Origin: Alphaproteobacteria bacterium RIFCSPHIGHO2_01_FULL_41_14 | GTDB taxonomy: Bacteria; Pseudomonadota; Alphaproteobacteria; UBA7879; UBA5542 | Assembly (NCBI GenBank): GCA_001767855.1 | Contig: MEMF01000002.1 | Span: 168,893-232,892, forward strand | DNA: 64,000 nt | Reading direction: 5' to 3' | Shown here: positions 27,722 through 36,584 of the stretch, piece after piece | How the letters are laid out: each line of letters begins with the position of its first letter | How positions within the stretch are numbered: the first letter of the stretch is position 1 | The notes under the pieces: model-generated | What the model saw: only the letters and a program-made list of their open reading frames with translations | The model's database searches: none | Told to the model about the DNA's origin: nothing | Made by a program: the position numbers and the translations under genes

Positions 27722-28358
27722 AAATAGCTCGTGTATAGTCCTTAGCTTTGAAGATACTGGTGCCGGCGACTAAAATAGTCGCTCCTTTTTGTACCAGCAT
27801 TGCTGCGTTTTCCTTCGACACGCCCCCATCCACCGAAATCTGGAACGAAAAACCGTGTTTCTGTTTTTGGCCGTATAACCATTCTATTTTTTCCATCTGA
27901 TCTGCGATGAATGTTTGACCTCCAAACCCGGGGTATACCGTCATGACCAGAACGAGATCTATGGAAGCCAAATAAGGCTGAAGGGTAGTGATGGGCGTAT
28001 GGGGATTTAAAGAAAGCCCCGCTTTTTTCCCAAGATTTTTAATTTCTTTTAAGGCTTCCTGTGCGGCGGGTGTTTCTATATGGACAGTTAAATAATCAGC
28101 TCCTGCATCGGCAAAGGAGCGCACAAATTTTTCTGGGTTCGTGACCATTAAATGAACATCGAAAGGGAGAGGGGTATGGGGACGGATCGATCGAACTAAA
28201 TCCGGGCCAAATGTCAAATTGGGCACAAAATGACCATCCATAACATCAAGATGCACAAGATCTGCGCCAGCCGCTGTAATAGCCTTTAGTTCTTGGGCAA
28301 GACAACTAAAATCTGCAGATAAAAGAGAAGGAGCAATTTGGGGGTTACACGGCATCAT
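27699..28358 (-). CDS. rpe: ribulose-phosphate 3-epimerase
   Basis: Carries rpe motifs (SLLSADF, HLDVMDGHFVPNLTFG, DGG). Confidence 0.9.
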   Translation of the reverse strand: MMPCNPQIAPSLLSADFSCLAQELKAITAAGADLVHLDVMDGHFVPNLTFGPDLVRSIRPHTPLPFDVHLMVTNPEKFVRSFADAGADYLTVHIETPAAQEALKEIKNLGKKAGLSLNPHTPITTLQPYLASIDLVLVMTVYPGFGGQTFIADQMEKIEWLYGQKQKHGFSFQISVDGGVSKENAAMLVQKGATILVAGTSIFKAKDYTRAISSLRAQS

Positions 28359-28382
28359 TTGAAGGTCTTTATTCTAACATAG

Positions 28383-28411
28383 TTGACTTTTCTGAAGGCT
28401 CTGCCTATAGA
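28383..28411 (+). promoter_or_regulatory. sigma70-like promoter for the tRNA gene
   Basis: TTGACT (28383-28388), a 17-nt spacer, then TATAGA (28406-28411), about 18 nt upstream of the mature tRNA 5' end. Confidence 0.4.
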
Positions 28412-28429
28412 GTTAAAGATCGTTCTGAT

Positions 28430-28506
28430 GGCGGAGTAGCTCAGTCGGTTAGAGCAGTGGAATCATAATCCATTTGTCGGGGGTTCGAATCCCTCCTCCG
28501 CTACCA
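28430..28506 (+). tRNA. tRNA-Met: tRNA with anticodon CAU (elongator Met, or Ile2 if lysidinylated), encoded CCA
   Basis: Cloverleaf: acceptor GGCGGAG/CTCCGCT, D-arm TAGCTCAGTCGGTTAGAGC, anticodon loop ATCATAA, T-arm GGTTCGAATCC, 3' ACCA. It lacks the initiator features (no GGG/CCC anticodon stem, and position 1 pairs with 72). Confidence 0.85.
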
Positions 28507-28601
28507 TCTTTCGTATTATACTGATCTTCTCAATAAAACCTACGGAAAAAATGTTGCCCTCTCTTAGGAATGCGTATTTAATTAGAGGGGAGAGGTTATC
28601 A

Positions 28602-29558
28602 ATGGAAACGTGGATTATCACAGACGGGAAAGTCGGTACGGAAAAACAATGTCTCGCGCTCGCAGAACTTTTGGGAGTCAAAGCAAAGGTTAAAAGAATA
28701 TCGGCGCGATTCCCCTGGTCTGTTCTTCCTCCTGTTTTATGGCTCAATTCCTTAGAAGCGTTGGATGTACAATCAAAAGAACAACTTGTTGAACCCTGGC
28801 CAGATCTTGTGATCGGAGCCAGTCGACTGGCGGCCGCCCCCGTTGCCTTTTTGAAGAAAAAACTGGGCAAAAAAATGACGACCATTTTTCTGCAAAATCC
28901 TCATCTTAATTTAAATGCGTTTGATGTGGTGATTGCGCCTCAGCATGATGGACTGTCTGGAAAAAACTTAATTACTATCCAGGGAGCTTTACACAATGTA
29001 ACGCCATCTCTTTTAAAAAAAGAAGGTATCAAATGGGCTCGTATTCTTCCAAAAGATTTCCCCAGACCTTGGGTGACAATATTGCTGGGAGGAAATAGTC
29101 GGCATCACACAATGGATCTGGATACCATGGAGTACTACGGGTCAGAATTGCGGCATCTGGTCCAGAGAAACCCCATGAGTTTTCTTATTACGGCATCGAG
29201 ACGTACCCCGCCGGAAGCGGTGCAGGCCTTTAAAACCGCTCTCGGCGATTCACATGTGTTTTTATGGAATGGATTAGGTGACAATCCTTATTATGGGTTT
29301 CTTGCCTTGGGGGATTTTATTTTGGTAACGAATGATTCCGTTTCCATGTTGTCAGAGGCAGCATCTGTAGGTAAGCCCCTGTATACCCTAAACTTAGAGG
29401 GAGGCAGCCGTCGATTGGACAAGTTTCAGGAAGACTTGATGGCTCAGGGGATCTGTCGTCCCTTTGAAGGAGAGCTGGAAACCTGGGACACAAAACCAGT
29501 GGATGCGCAAGCAACTCTTCTTCAACAACTGAAAAAAAAGATAAAAGTCTTGACTTAA
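28602..29558 (+). CDS. ELM1/DUF1022-family protein (predicted nucleotide-sugar-dependent glycosyltransferase-like)
   Basis: METWIITDGKVGTEKQCLALAELLG... is typical of the alphaproteobacterial mitochondrial-fission-ELM1-like family. A GGAG RBS lies upstream. The track's 28551 start is an over-extension. Confidence 0.6.
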   Translation: METWIITDGKVGTEKQCLALAELLGVKAKVKRISARFPWSVLPPVLWLNSLEALDVQSKEQLVEPWPDLVIGASRLAAAPVAFLKKKLGKKMTTIFLQNPHLNLNAFDVVIAPQHDGLSGKNLITIQGALHNVTPSLLKKEGIKWARILPKDFPRPWVTILLGGNSRHHTMDLDTMEYYGSELRHLVQRNPMSFLITASRRTPPEAVQAFKTALGDSHVFLWNGLGDNPYYGFLALGDFILVTNDSVSMLSEAASVGKPLYTLNLEGGSRRLDKFQEDLMAQGICRPFEGELETWDTKPVDAQATLLQQLKKKIKVLT

Positions 29559-29613
29559 GTGAAAAATTTTTATAAAAGGAAGTTCCTTTCTGAAAATTTT
29601 TCTTTTATAACAG

Positions 29614-30708
29614 ATGTGTATGCCCTTGAATGTTGAGCAATTCTCTGTTTTGCGTCTTATCCGTACTCACCACATTGGTCCTCAGACTCTTTGGAAGCTG
29701 ATGGCACAGTTCCACTCAGCTGCCTCGATTGTGGAAAATTGGCCAGAGATTCAGGCCAATATGAAACGCAAAATAGACTTAGTTTCAGAAAAAATCGTTA
29801 TCACTGAAATAGAAAAAACTTTCAAAAGTGAGGCTCGGTTTTTATTTCATTCTGACCCTTCTTACCCTGCGTCTTTACACAGCGTGGCTGACCGACCCCC
29901 TGTTTTAAGTTTCAAAGGGACCCTCGCTTTATTGGCTCAAAAAAAAGTAGCCATCGTGGGGGCACGAAATGCGTCGTCCCACGGATGTCGGTTGGCCTAT
30001 CTGATGGCAAAAGAGTTGGGCAGGTTTGGGTGGCGTACGGTCTCTGGGTTGGCCCGGGGGATTGATGCGGCGGCTCATCAAGGAAGTTTGGAAAGCGGAA
30101 CGATTGCTGTTCTTGGGAATGGGATACAAACTATTTATCCCGAGGAAAACAAAAAATTATATGAAGAGATTACAGAAAAAGGGCTTTTATTAAGCGAATT
30201 TTCTTTTGATACACAGCCCCACATGGGGAATTTTCCCAAAAGGAATAGATTGATATCTGCTCTTGTTCAGGGCATCGTTGTGGTGGAAGCAGCCCATCAA
30301 TCGGGATCTTTGTTAACAGCACAATATGGGTTAGAAATGGGAAAGGATATTTTCGCCGTGCCTGGTTCACCCATGGATCCTCGGTGTTGCGGATCCAACC
30401 GTCTGATTAAACAGGGGGCCGTTTTGACCGAGTCGGCGCAGGATGTTTTAGAGATTCTTGATCAAGGGCAATGGGTTCCCCATTATAAAGAAAATAGAGA
30501 GAAGAAAAAAAAGATTTTGGCGTCAGAGAAGAAAAATGAGTCTTCCATTTTAGATTTTTTAAGCACAGTTCCCCTCTCTGTGGATGAGTTAGCCGATTTA
30601 ACGCAGTTGCGCATGGATCAACTTTCTTCTCTCTTAACGGACTTAGAGCTTGAGGGGCAAATTATGAAACATCCTGGCAATAAAGTATCTCGTGTCTTGC
30701 AGGGTTAG
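29614..30708 (+). CDS. dprA: DNA processing protein DprA (Smf)
   Basis: Rossmann core (VAIVGARNASSHG...SGLARGIDAAAHQG...GTIAVLGNGI) and a C-terminal winged-helix region. It is upstream of topA, a common arrangement. Confidence 0.85.
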   Translation: MCMPLNVEQFSVLRLIRTHHIGPQTLWKLMAQFHSAASIVENWPEIQANMKRKIDLVSEKIVITEIEKTFKSEARFLFHSDPSYPASLHSVADRPPVLSFKGTLALLAQKKVAIVGARNASSHGCRLAYLMAKELGRFGWRTVSGLARGIDAAAHQGSLESGTIAVLGNGIQTIYPEENKKLYEEITEKGLLLSEFSFDTQPHMGNFPKRNRLISALVQGIVVVEAAHQSGSLLTAQYGLEMGKDIFAVPGSPMDPRCCGSNRLIKQGAVLTESAQDVLEILDQGQWVPHYKENREKKKKILASEKKNESSILDFLSTVPLSVDELADLTQLRMDQLSSLLTDLELEGQIMKHPGNKVSRVLQG

Positions 30709-30751
30709 AGTTTATAGATTATAACCTCGATAAATTTAGAAAGCATGATTT

Positions 30752-33103
30752 ATGAATGTTGTTGTCGTTGAGTCTCCTGCCAAAGCGAAGGCTATTAATA
30801 AGTATTTGGGAAACGAGTATACCGTTTTGGCCAGCTATGGCCATATTCGAGATCTGCCTTCAAAGCAAGGGTCTGTGGATCCTGAACACAAATTTCGGAT
30901 GAAATGGGAGCTCAGTAAGGGAGCCGAGAAACATATTCAAAAAATTGCCAATGCCGTGAAAGAAGCAGATACCCTTTATCTGGCAACAGACCCCGATCGT
31001 GAAGGGGAGGCCATCGCGTGGCATATTTGTGAAGTTCTTAAAGAAAAAAAGCTTTTGGATAAGATTAAGATTTATCGCAGCGTTTTTCACGAAATTACCA
31101 AAAAAGCTATTCTCGAGGCGATTGAACACCCGCGCACCTTAAACCAAGAATTGATTCACGCCTATTTAACCCGGCGAGCACTGGATTATCTGGTTGGATT
31201 TACCCTGTCTCCTGTGTTGTGGCATAAATTACCCGGCAGCAAATCCGCCGGACGTGTTCAATCGGTGGCGCTAAGGCTTATTACAGATCGGGAGCGAGAA
31301 ATTGAGGCGTTTAAGTCCCAAGAATATTGGACTATAGATGTAGCGTGTCTTTCCAAAGATAACAAATCTTTTCTCTCGCGCCTTTCGGAATTTAACGGAG
31401 AGAAGGTTCAAAAGTTCTCTTACCCCTCAGAGGCTTCTATAAAGGAAGTGATCCAAGCCATTGAAGCTCAGAATTTTTCTATTGATAGGCTGGAAAAAAA
31501 ACGGGTTCAACGAAACCCATATCCGCCTTTTACCACGTCTACTTTGCAGCAAGAGGCCTCTCGCAAGCTAGGGCTAAGCGCTGCACGGACCATGCAACTT
31601 GCTCAAAATCTTTATGAAGGGGTGTCAATCGACGGGGAGACGGTGGGATTGATCACTTATATGCGTACGGATAGTGTGAACTTGGGGGCTGATGCTGTGG
31701 GTCGGATGCGAGATTTTTTGGTAAAGTCTTACGGAGAAGAGTATATTCCAGAAAGTCCTCGCTTCTACAAAAGCAAAGCTAAAAATGCACAAGAAGCCCA
31801 TGAAGCGATTCGTCCTACAGATATTTTCCATTCTCCAGAGAAGGTAGCCGCGTTTTTGGGTAAGGATCATTTGAGGCTTTACGAGCTGATTTGGAAGAGG
31901 GCGCTCGCTAGTCAAATGAATAATGCTCAGCTTGACCAGACAACAGCGCATCTGGCGTCAGACGATCGACAAATTCATCTAAAATCCACCGGATCGATCC
32001 TCGTTTTTGACGGATTCTTAAAGCTCTATCGGGCAGGTCGGGATGAAGGAGAAGAAGATGAGAATAAAGAAAGCCACCTGCCTCAATTGACAGAAGGAGA
32101 TCCCATAACAAAAGAAAAAATTCTGCCAGAACAGCATTTCACCCAGCCTCCCCCTCGTTTTTCAGAAGCCAGTTTAGTGAAAAAGTTAGAAGAGCTGGGC
32201 ATTGGACGTCCATCAACATACGCCAGCATTCTGCAGGTTTTGCAAGTACGACAATATGTAAAACTTGAAAAGAAACAATTTATTCCAGAAACACGGGGCC
32301 GTCTCGTTTCTTTATTTTTAGCCCACTATTTCGCGCGATATGTGGAATATGATTTTACCGCACGCATGGAGGATACCTTAGATGAAATTTCGCGCGGAGA
32401 AGGGAGCTGGGAAAAGACTTTAGAAAAGTTTTGGGTGGACTTTACTCAGACCGTCAGTCAAACAAAAGATCTTAAAATTTCCCAAGTGCTTGATATGCTG
32501 GATGAAGAGTTATCAGAGGTCATTTTCCCGAAAGGGGAAGACGGGAAACCTTCCAAACTTTGCCCCTCGTGTCGCACGGGACATCTTCATTTGAAATTAG
32601 GGAAATATGGTGCCTTCTTAGGGTGTGATGCGTATCCTACATGTAAGTACGTACAAAAATTGATTGATAATAAAAGCGAAGAGTCTGAAGAGGAGATCTC
32701 AACGGAAGGGCTGGAATATCCAAAGGCATTGGGTAAGAATGAGAACACGGGTTTAGAAGTTTCCTTGAGGAAAGGACCTTATGGATTCTATATTCAAGAG
32801 GAGTCAAAAACAGCTAAAGAAAAACCAAAACGAGTATCTCTTCCAAAAGGACTGCTGCCTTTACAGGTGACCTTAGAAAAGGCAGTAAATCTTTTAACGT
32901 TGCCACGGGAAATTGGGGTACATCCTGAGACGGGCGAAAAGATTCTAGCGAATATTGGTCGGTATGGGCCCTATATAAAGTATCAAGATGCGTTTGTTTC
33001 CGTAAAGAACGAAGATATTTTGGTTTTATCCTTAAAAAGGGCTCTTGAGCTTATTGATGAGGCTGCCAAAAAGCCCAAAATAAAAAAGTTTTCTCAAAAA
33101 TAA
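30752..33103 (+). CDS. topA: DNA topoisomerase I
   Basis: TOPRIM domain (VVVESPAKAK), active-site region (YMRTDS) and a C-terminal Zn-ribbon (CPSC...C..C). Confidence 0.95.
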   Translation: MNVVVVESPAKAKAINKYLGNEYTVLASYGHIRDLPSKQGSVDPEHKFRMKWELSKGAEKHIQKIANAVKEADTLYLATDPDREGEAIAWHICEVLKEKKLLDKIKIYRSVFHEITKKAILEAIEHPRTLNQELIHAYLTRRALDYLVGFTLSPVLWHKLPGSKSAGRVQSVALRLITDREREIEAFKSQEYWTIDVACLSKDNKSFLSRLSEFNGEKVQKFSYPSEASIKEVIQAIEAQNFSIDRLEKKRVQRNPYPPFTTSTLQQEASRKLGLSAARTMQLAQNLYEGVSIDGETVGLITYMRTDSVNLGADAVGRMRDFLVKSYGEEYIPESPRFYKSKAKNAQEAHEAIRPTDIFHSPEKVAAFLGKDHLRLYELIWKRALASQMNNAQLDQTTAHLASDDRQIHLKSTGSILVFDGFLKLYRAGRDEGEEDENKESHLPQLTEGDPITKEKILPEQHFTQPPPRFSEASLVKKLEELGIGRPSTYASILQVLQVRQYVKLEKKQFIPETRGRLVSLFLAHYFARYVEYDFTARMEDTLDEISRGEGSWEKTLEKFWVDFTQTVSQTKDLKISQVLDMLDEELSEVIFPKGEDGKPSKLCPSCRTGHLHLKLGKYGAFLGCDAYPTCKYVQKLIDNKSEESEEEISTEGLEYPKALGKNENTGLEVSLRKGPYGFYIQEESKTAKEKPKRVSLPKGLLPLQVTLEKAVNLLTLPREIGVHPETGEKILANIGRYGPYIKYQDAFVSVKNEDILVLSLKRALELIDEAAKKPKIKKFSQK

Positions 33104-33160
33104 AGCAAGGTCATTTCTGGTTTTTCCTTTTTAAATCCTTTAAGATGAAGAAAGGAACCC

Positions 33161-35173
33161 ATGTCCATATATAAAGCCAAAAAAAAATCTAAAATTCCCT
33201 CTAAAGAACAGGTTGTTTCTTATCTAAAGGCTTTAGATCATCTCCCTGATAAGCGTGAAATTTGTCGACATTTTCATATTAAGGGAGGACCGGGAAAAAT
33301 AGCTTTGAAGAGTTTACTCAAAGAATTAAAAGAGGAAGGGCTCTATTCCGAGTCTCCTTCCCTTCCCTCTTCCGAAGAGTGTGTTTTGAATCCCGCCAAG
33401 CCGTTAACCGACTCTTTTAAACAGGAAGGGGAGGGAAAAGAAGGGGATATTTGCATAGGACAAATTTCTAAGACAGCAAATGGCGTGCGACTGATGCCAA
33501 CTTTTAAAAAAAATAAGCAAGTTTTTGAAATTAAAGGAGCAGGGACTTTAAAAGCAGAAATGATAGGCAAAGTTTTTAGAACAAAAATTCTGCAGATTCA
33601 TCCCCCCGTTGTGGAACTCATTGAAGAAATCGGGACAACTGACAAAATTAGTTTGATTTCTGCCCATATGGCTCGGCTGCCCATGGTCTTTCCGGACCTA
33701 GTTTTAAAGGAGTGTCAAAGTTTTAAAGTACCGAGTTTGGAAAACAGGCAAGACGTACGTTCAACTCCTTTAGTTACAATTGATGGAGCAGATTCTCGCG
33801 ATTTTGATGATGCTGTCTGGGCTGAACCAGATCTAGACCCCAAGAATCCAGGGGGGTGGCACTTAATCGTCGCCATTGCAGATGTGGCACATTATGTTGT
33901 GCCGGATTCGCCAGTGGATAGAGAGGCGTTGAATCGAGGGACATCAACTTATTTCCCAGATTATGTTATCCCCATGTTGCCGGAAGCCCTCTCTAATGAG
34001 TTATGTTCTTTAAAACCAGAGGAAGATCGAGCGTGTGTGGGGGTCCACTTGTGGATTACAGCAGACGGAGAGAAAATTCGTCATCAATTTTTTAGAGGTT
34101 TGATGAGATCTGCCGCTCGATTAACGTATGAACAAGCGCAGAGAATCCATGAAGGCCAAACAACCACCGTCATTGATAAAAAAGTAATCAATAGTTTATA
34201 TAACGCTTACTATGCTTTAGAGAAAGCACGTCGGAAACGGGGTACTTTAGAAGTGGATAGTATTGATCCGCAGGTTATCTTAAGCTGCAATGGGGCTATT
34301 CAAGATTTCATTATTAAGACTCGGTTAGATAGCCATCGTCTGATTGAAGAATTTATGATCCTTGCAAATGTCGCGGCAGCAGAATTTTTAGAATTGAATA
34401 AAATGCCCACTTTATATCGGGTACATGATAAGCCGGACTCTGAAAAAATAGAAGAGTTGCGTCGGACATTGGCTGTTTTGAAAACAAACTACACCGGCCC
34501 TTTAAAAAATCCTGGAGATTTTACGGTGTTGTTAGAAATGGTAAGGGACACCCCTTATAAAAATATTATTAATGAGCTTGTTCTGCGTTGCCAAAGTCAG
34601 GCTGTCTATTCTTCAGAGAACATTGGCCATTTTGGGTTAAACCTAACTCATTACAGTCATTTTACGTCCCCTATCCGTCGCTATCCCGATTTACTCGTTC
34701 ATCGTGGTATTCTCTCTCTTTTGGGTTATGAAAAAGACGGCCTCTCAAAGAGCAATGCTCAAGACATGGCTTTTTTGGGACGAGAGACATCTCATAAAGA
34801 GAGACGCGCAGAAGGGGCAGAACGAGATGCTATGGATCGTTACATGACCCAATATTTAGCGCCTCGGGTGGGAGAATATTTTAAAGTTTATGTGTCAGGG
34901 ATTAGCAAGGCCGGCCTTTTTGTCACTCTCCCTGATATTGGGGCAAGTGGGCTTGTGCCCATGAATCGCCTGGGGGACGATTACTATATGTATCTTGAAC
35001 GTCCTACCCGGCTTGAAGGACGTCGTTCTCGAAAGAAGTTTTCCTTCGGAGATCTTCTGAAAGTAAAGCTTTTGGATGCGGATCTTGTAAAAGGACGTCT
35101 TACCTTTGAATTGGAACCAGAACGAAAAGAAATCAACCGTTTCGTAAAAAGAAAAAACAAATACCCCAAATAG
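33161..35173 (+). CDS. rnr: ribonuclease R
   Basis: Cold-shock-like N-terminal domains, an RNB catalytic domain (DGADSRDFDDAVW) and a C-terminal S1 and basic tail. Confidence 0.9.
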   Translation: MSIYKAKKKSKIPSKEQVVSYLKALDHLPDKREICRHFHIKGGPGKIALKSLLKELKEEGLYSESPSLPSSEECVLNPAKPLTDSFKQEGEGKEGDICIGQISKTANGVRLMPTFKKNKQVFEIKGAGTLKAEMIGKVFRTKILQIHPPVVELIEEIGTTDKISLISAHMARLPMVFPDLVLKECQSFKVPSLENRQDVRSTPLVTIDGADSRDFDDAVWAEPDLDPKNPGGWHLIVAIADVAHYVVPDSPVDREALNRGTSTYFPDYVIPMLPEALSNELCSLKPEEDRACVGVHLWITADGEKIRHQFFRGLMRSAARLTYEQAQRIHEGQTTTVIDKKVINSLYNAYYALEKARRKRGTLEVDSIDPQVILSCNGAIQDFIIKTRLDSHRLIEEFMILANVAAAEFLELNKMPTLYRVHDKPDSEKIEELRRTLAVLKTNYTGPLKNPGDFTVLLEMVRDTPYKNIINELVLRCQSQAVYSSENIGHFGLNLTHYSHFTSPIRRYPDLLVHRGILSLLGYEKDGLSKSNAQDMAFLGRETSHKERRAEGAERDAMDRYMTQYLAPRVGEYFKVYVSGISKAGLFVTLPDIGASGLVPMNRLGDDYYMYLERPTRLEGRRSRKKFSFGDLLKVKLLDADLVKGRLTFELEPERKEINRFVKRKNKYPK

Positions 35174-35199
35174 TACCGCCTCCTCTTCCGACGTGGGGT

Positions 35200-36309
35200 T
35201 CAAGAGCGAGTTTTAAAGCAAGAGTCTATGGCCTCAACAATGCCCGCACAAATGGCTTCTTGGTGAGAAGGACTTGTTAGCAAAAGGGCCTCTTTTGGAT
35301 TGGATAGATAACCCAGTTCAATCAGAATAGAGGGAAGATCTGCCGATTTCAGAATAAAAAAGTCTGCAAATCGATGGGGTTTGCGTAATAAGAAAACGCG
35401 ATCTCTTAATTTACTCATCAAGCATTGGGCAAATTTTATGGAGAGGTTCATTGTTTCCCGCTTAGTCAAATCAATAAGAATATTGGCAACCTCAGGAAGT
35501 TCAGACTGTAAGTCGATCCCCATAATTAAATCAGCTTTATTTTCTTTTTTTGCAAGATGCTCTGCTTGTTTGTCAGACGCCACAGTGGAGAGGGTGTAAA
35601 CAGACAGACCGCGCGTGTCGCTTCCATCACAACTGTCTGCATGCAAAGAAATAAACAAGTCTCCTTTGGCAGCACGGGCATTTCTGAGTCGTTGGGCCAA
35701 TGTCATAGACGTGTCGGCTGTGCGTAGGAGAACAGTTGTATACCGTCCTGTTTCGTTCAGTTTCTGACTTAATCGTTTGGCAACGGCTAAAGTCACGTCT
35801 TTTTCATGGATTTTTCTGATACCAGTAGTGCCTGGATCTTTTCCTCCATGGCCCGCATCAATAATAATTTTCTTTTTTTGAATGGGTTGTTGTTTTGTGG
35901 TAGGGGAGGCTTGTGGCTGTGATATGGCCGTTATTTCTTTTAAGTCGATCACGTAACGATAAGAAAGGTGGCTGTTGTTGGGAGGAATCCAAAAAGTGTT
36001 ATGAACTATAAAATCTTTCCTAAAATGGAAGAAAAAAACCGTTTTTAGATTTTGTGGCTCCTTTTTTATAAATCGGATGTAATTCGATTGGTTTTTGATC
36101 GTGAAAGGGGCAGATGGCGCAGAATTAAGGGTTACAGAGAGCGTGCGGAGATCGAGTTTATAGGAAACATCTTCCTGTTCCGAGACGTCAAAGACAATCC
36201 GAATAGCTTTTTCAGTGTGGTCTGCTGTGCGAACACTCAATAGAGAAGAATAGCTGCCAAGCGTCGGTAAAAAAATAAAAATCAAGAATATGAGTCGAAA
36301 AAGGGTCAT
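35200..36309 (-). CDS. amiC: N-acetylmuramoyl-L-alanine amidase (Amidase_3, AmiC-like, with N-terminal AMIN domain)
   Basis: Signal peptide, an AMIN-like N-terminal region, and a catalytic region (IIIDAGHGGKDPG...SLHADS). Confidence 0.85.
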   Translation of the reverse strand: MTLFRLIFLIFIFLPTLGSYSSLLSVRTADHTEKAIRIVFDVSEQEDVSYKLDLRTLSVTLNSAPSAPFTIKNQSNYIRFIKKEPQNLKTVFFFHFRKDFIVHNTFWIPPNNSHLSYRYVIDLKEITAISQPQASPTTKQQPIQKKKIIIDAGHGGKDPGTTGIRKIHEKDVTLAVAKRLSQKLNETGRYTTVLLRTADTSMTLAQRLRNARAAKGDLFISLHADSCDGSDTRGLSVYTLSTVASDKQAEHLAKKENKADLIMGIDLQSELPEVANILIDLTKRETMNLSIKFAQCLMSKLRDRVFLLRKPHRFADFFILKSADLPSILIELGYLSNPKEALLLTSPSHQEAICAGIVEAIDSCFKTRS

Positions 36310-36584
36310 CCGGTGTTTTATGACTTTAAAAATTTTGCCTCTATGCTTATATTGATATATATAGAGAATTGTAGGATCTTATTGATCACATGGTACACAC
36401 TGATGACTTTTTGGTCAATGTGAGTATTGGCAGTGTAAGATCTTTATAATGAAAAGATTAGAAATTTTATGAAATTAAATCAATGGAGCTTAATTAGCTC
36501 TATACTGTATTCAACCAATTTTATTAAGCAGCATAAGATGCGTCTTTTGGTATCTGCTTGCTTAAGAACGGAGTTTATAAATTT

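Noticed and set aside
28463-28885. 140-aa minus-strand ORF from the track
   Set aside because: It runs antisense through the tRNA (28430-28506) and the RBS and start of the ELM1-like gene. It has low-complexity composition and no start context, so it is spurious.
29561-29602. A/T-rich palindromes (AAAAATTTTT, AAAGGAAgTTCCTTT) upstream of dprA
   Set aside because: They could be an operator, but the stems are AT-only and there is no second copy in the window. This is noted only, with insufficient evidence for a call.
35163-35199. ACCCCA...TGGGGT inverted repeat between convergent rnr and amiC
   Set aside because: A 6-bp stem with a ~25-nt loop and no flanking U-tract is too weak to call a bidirectional terminator.
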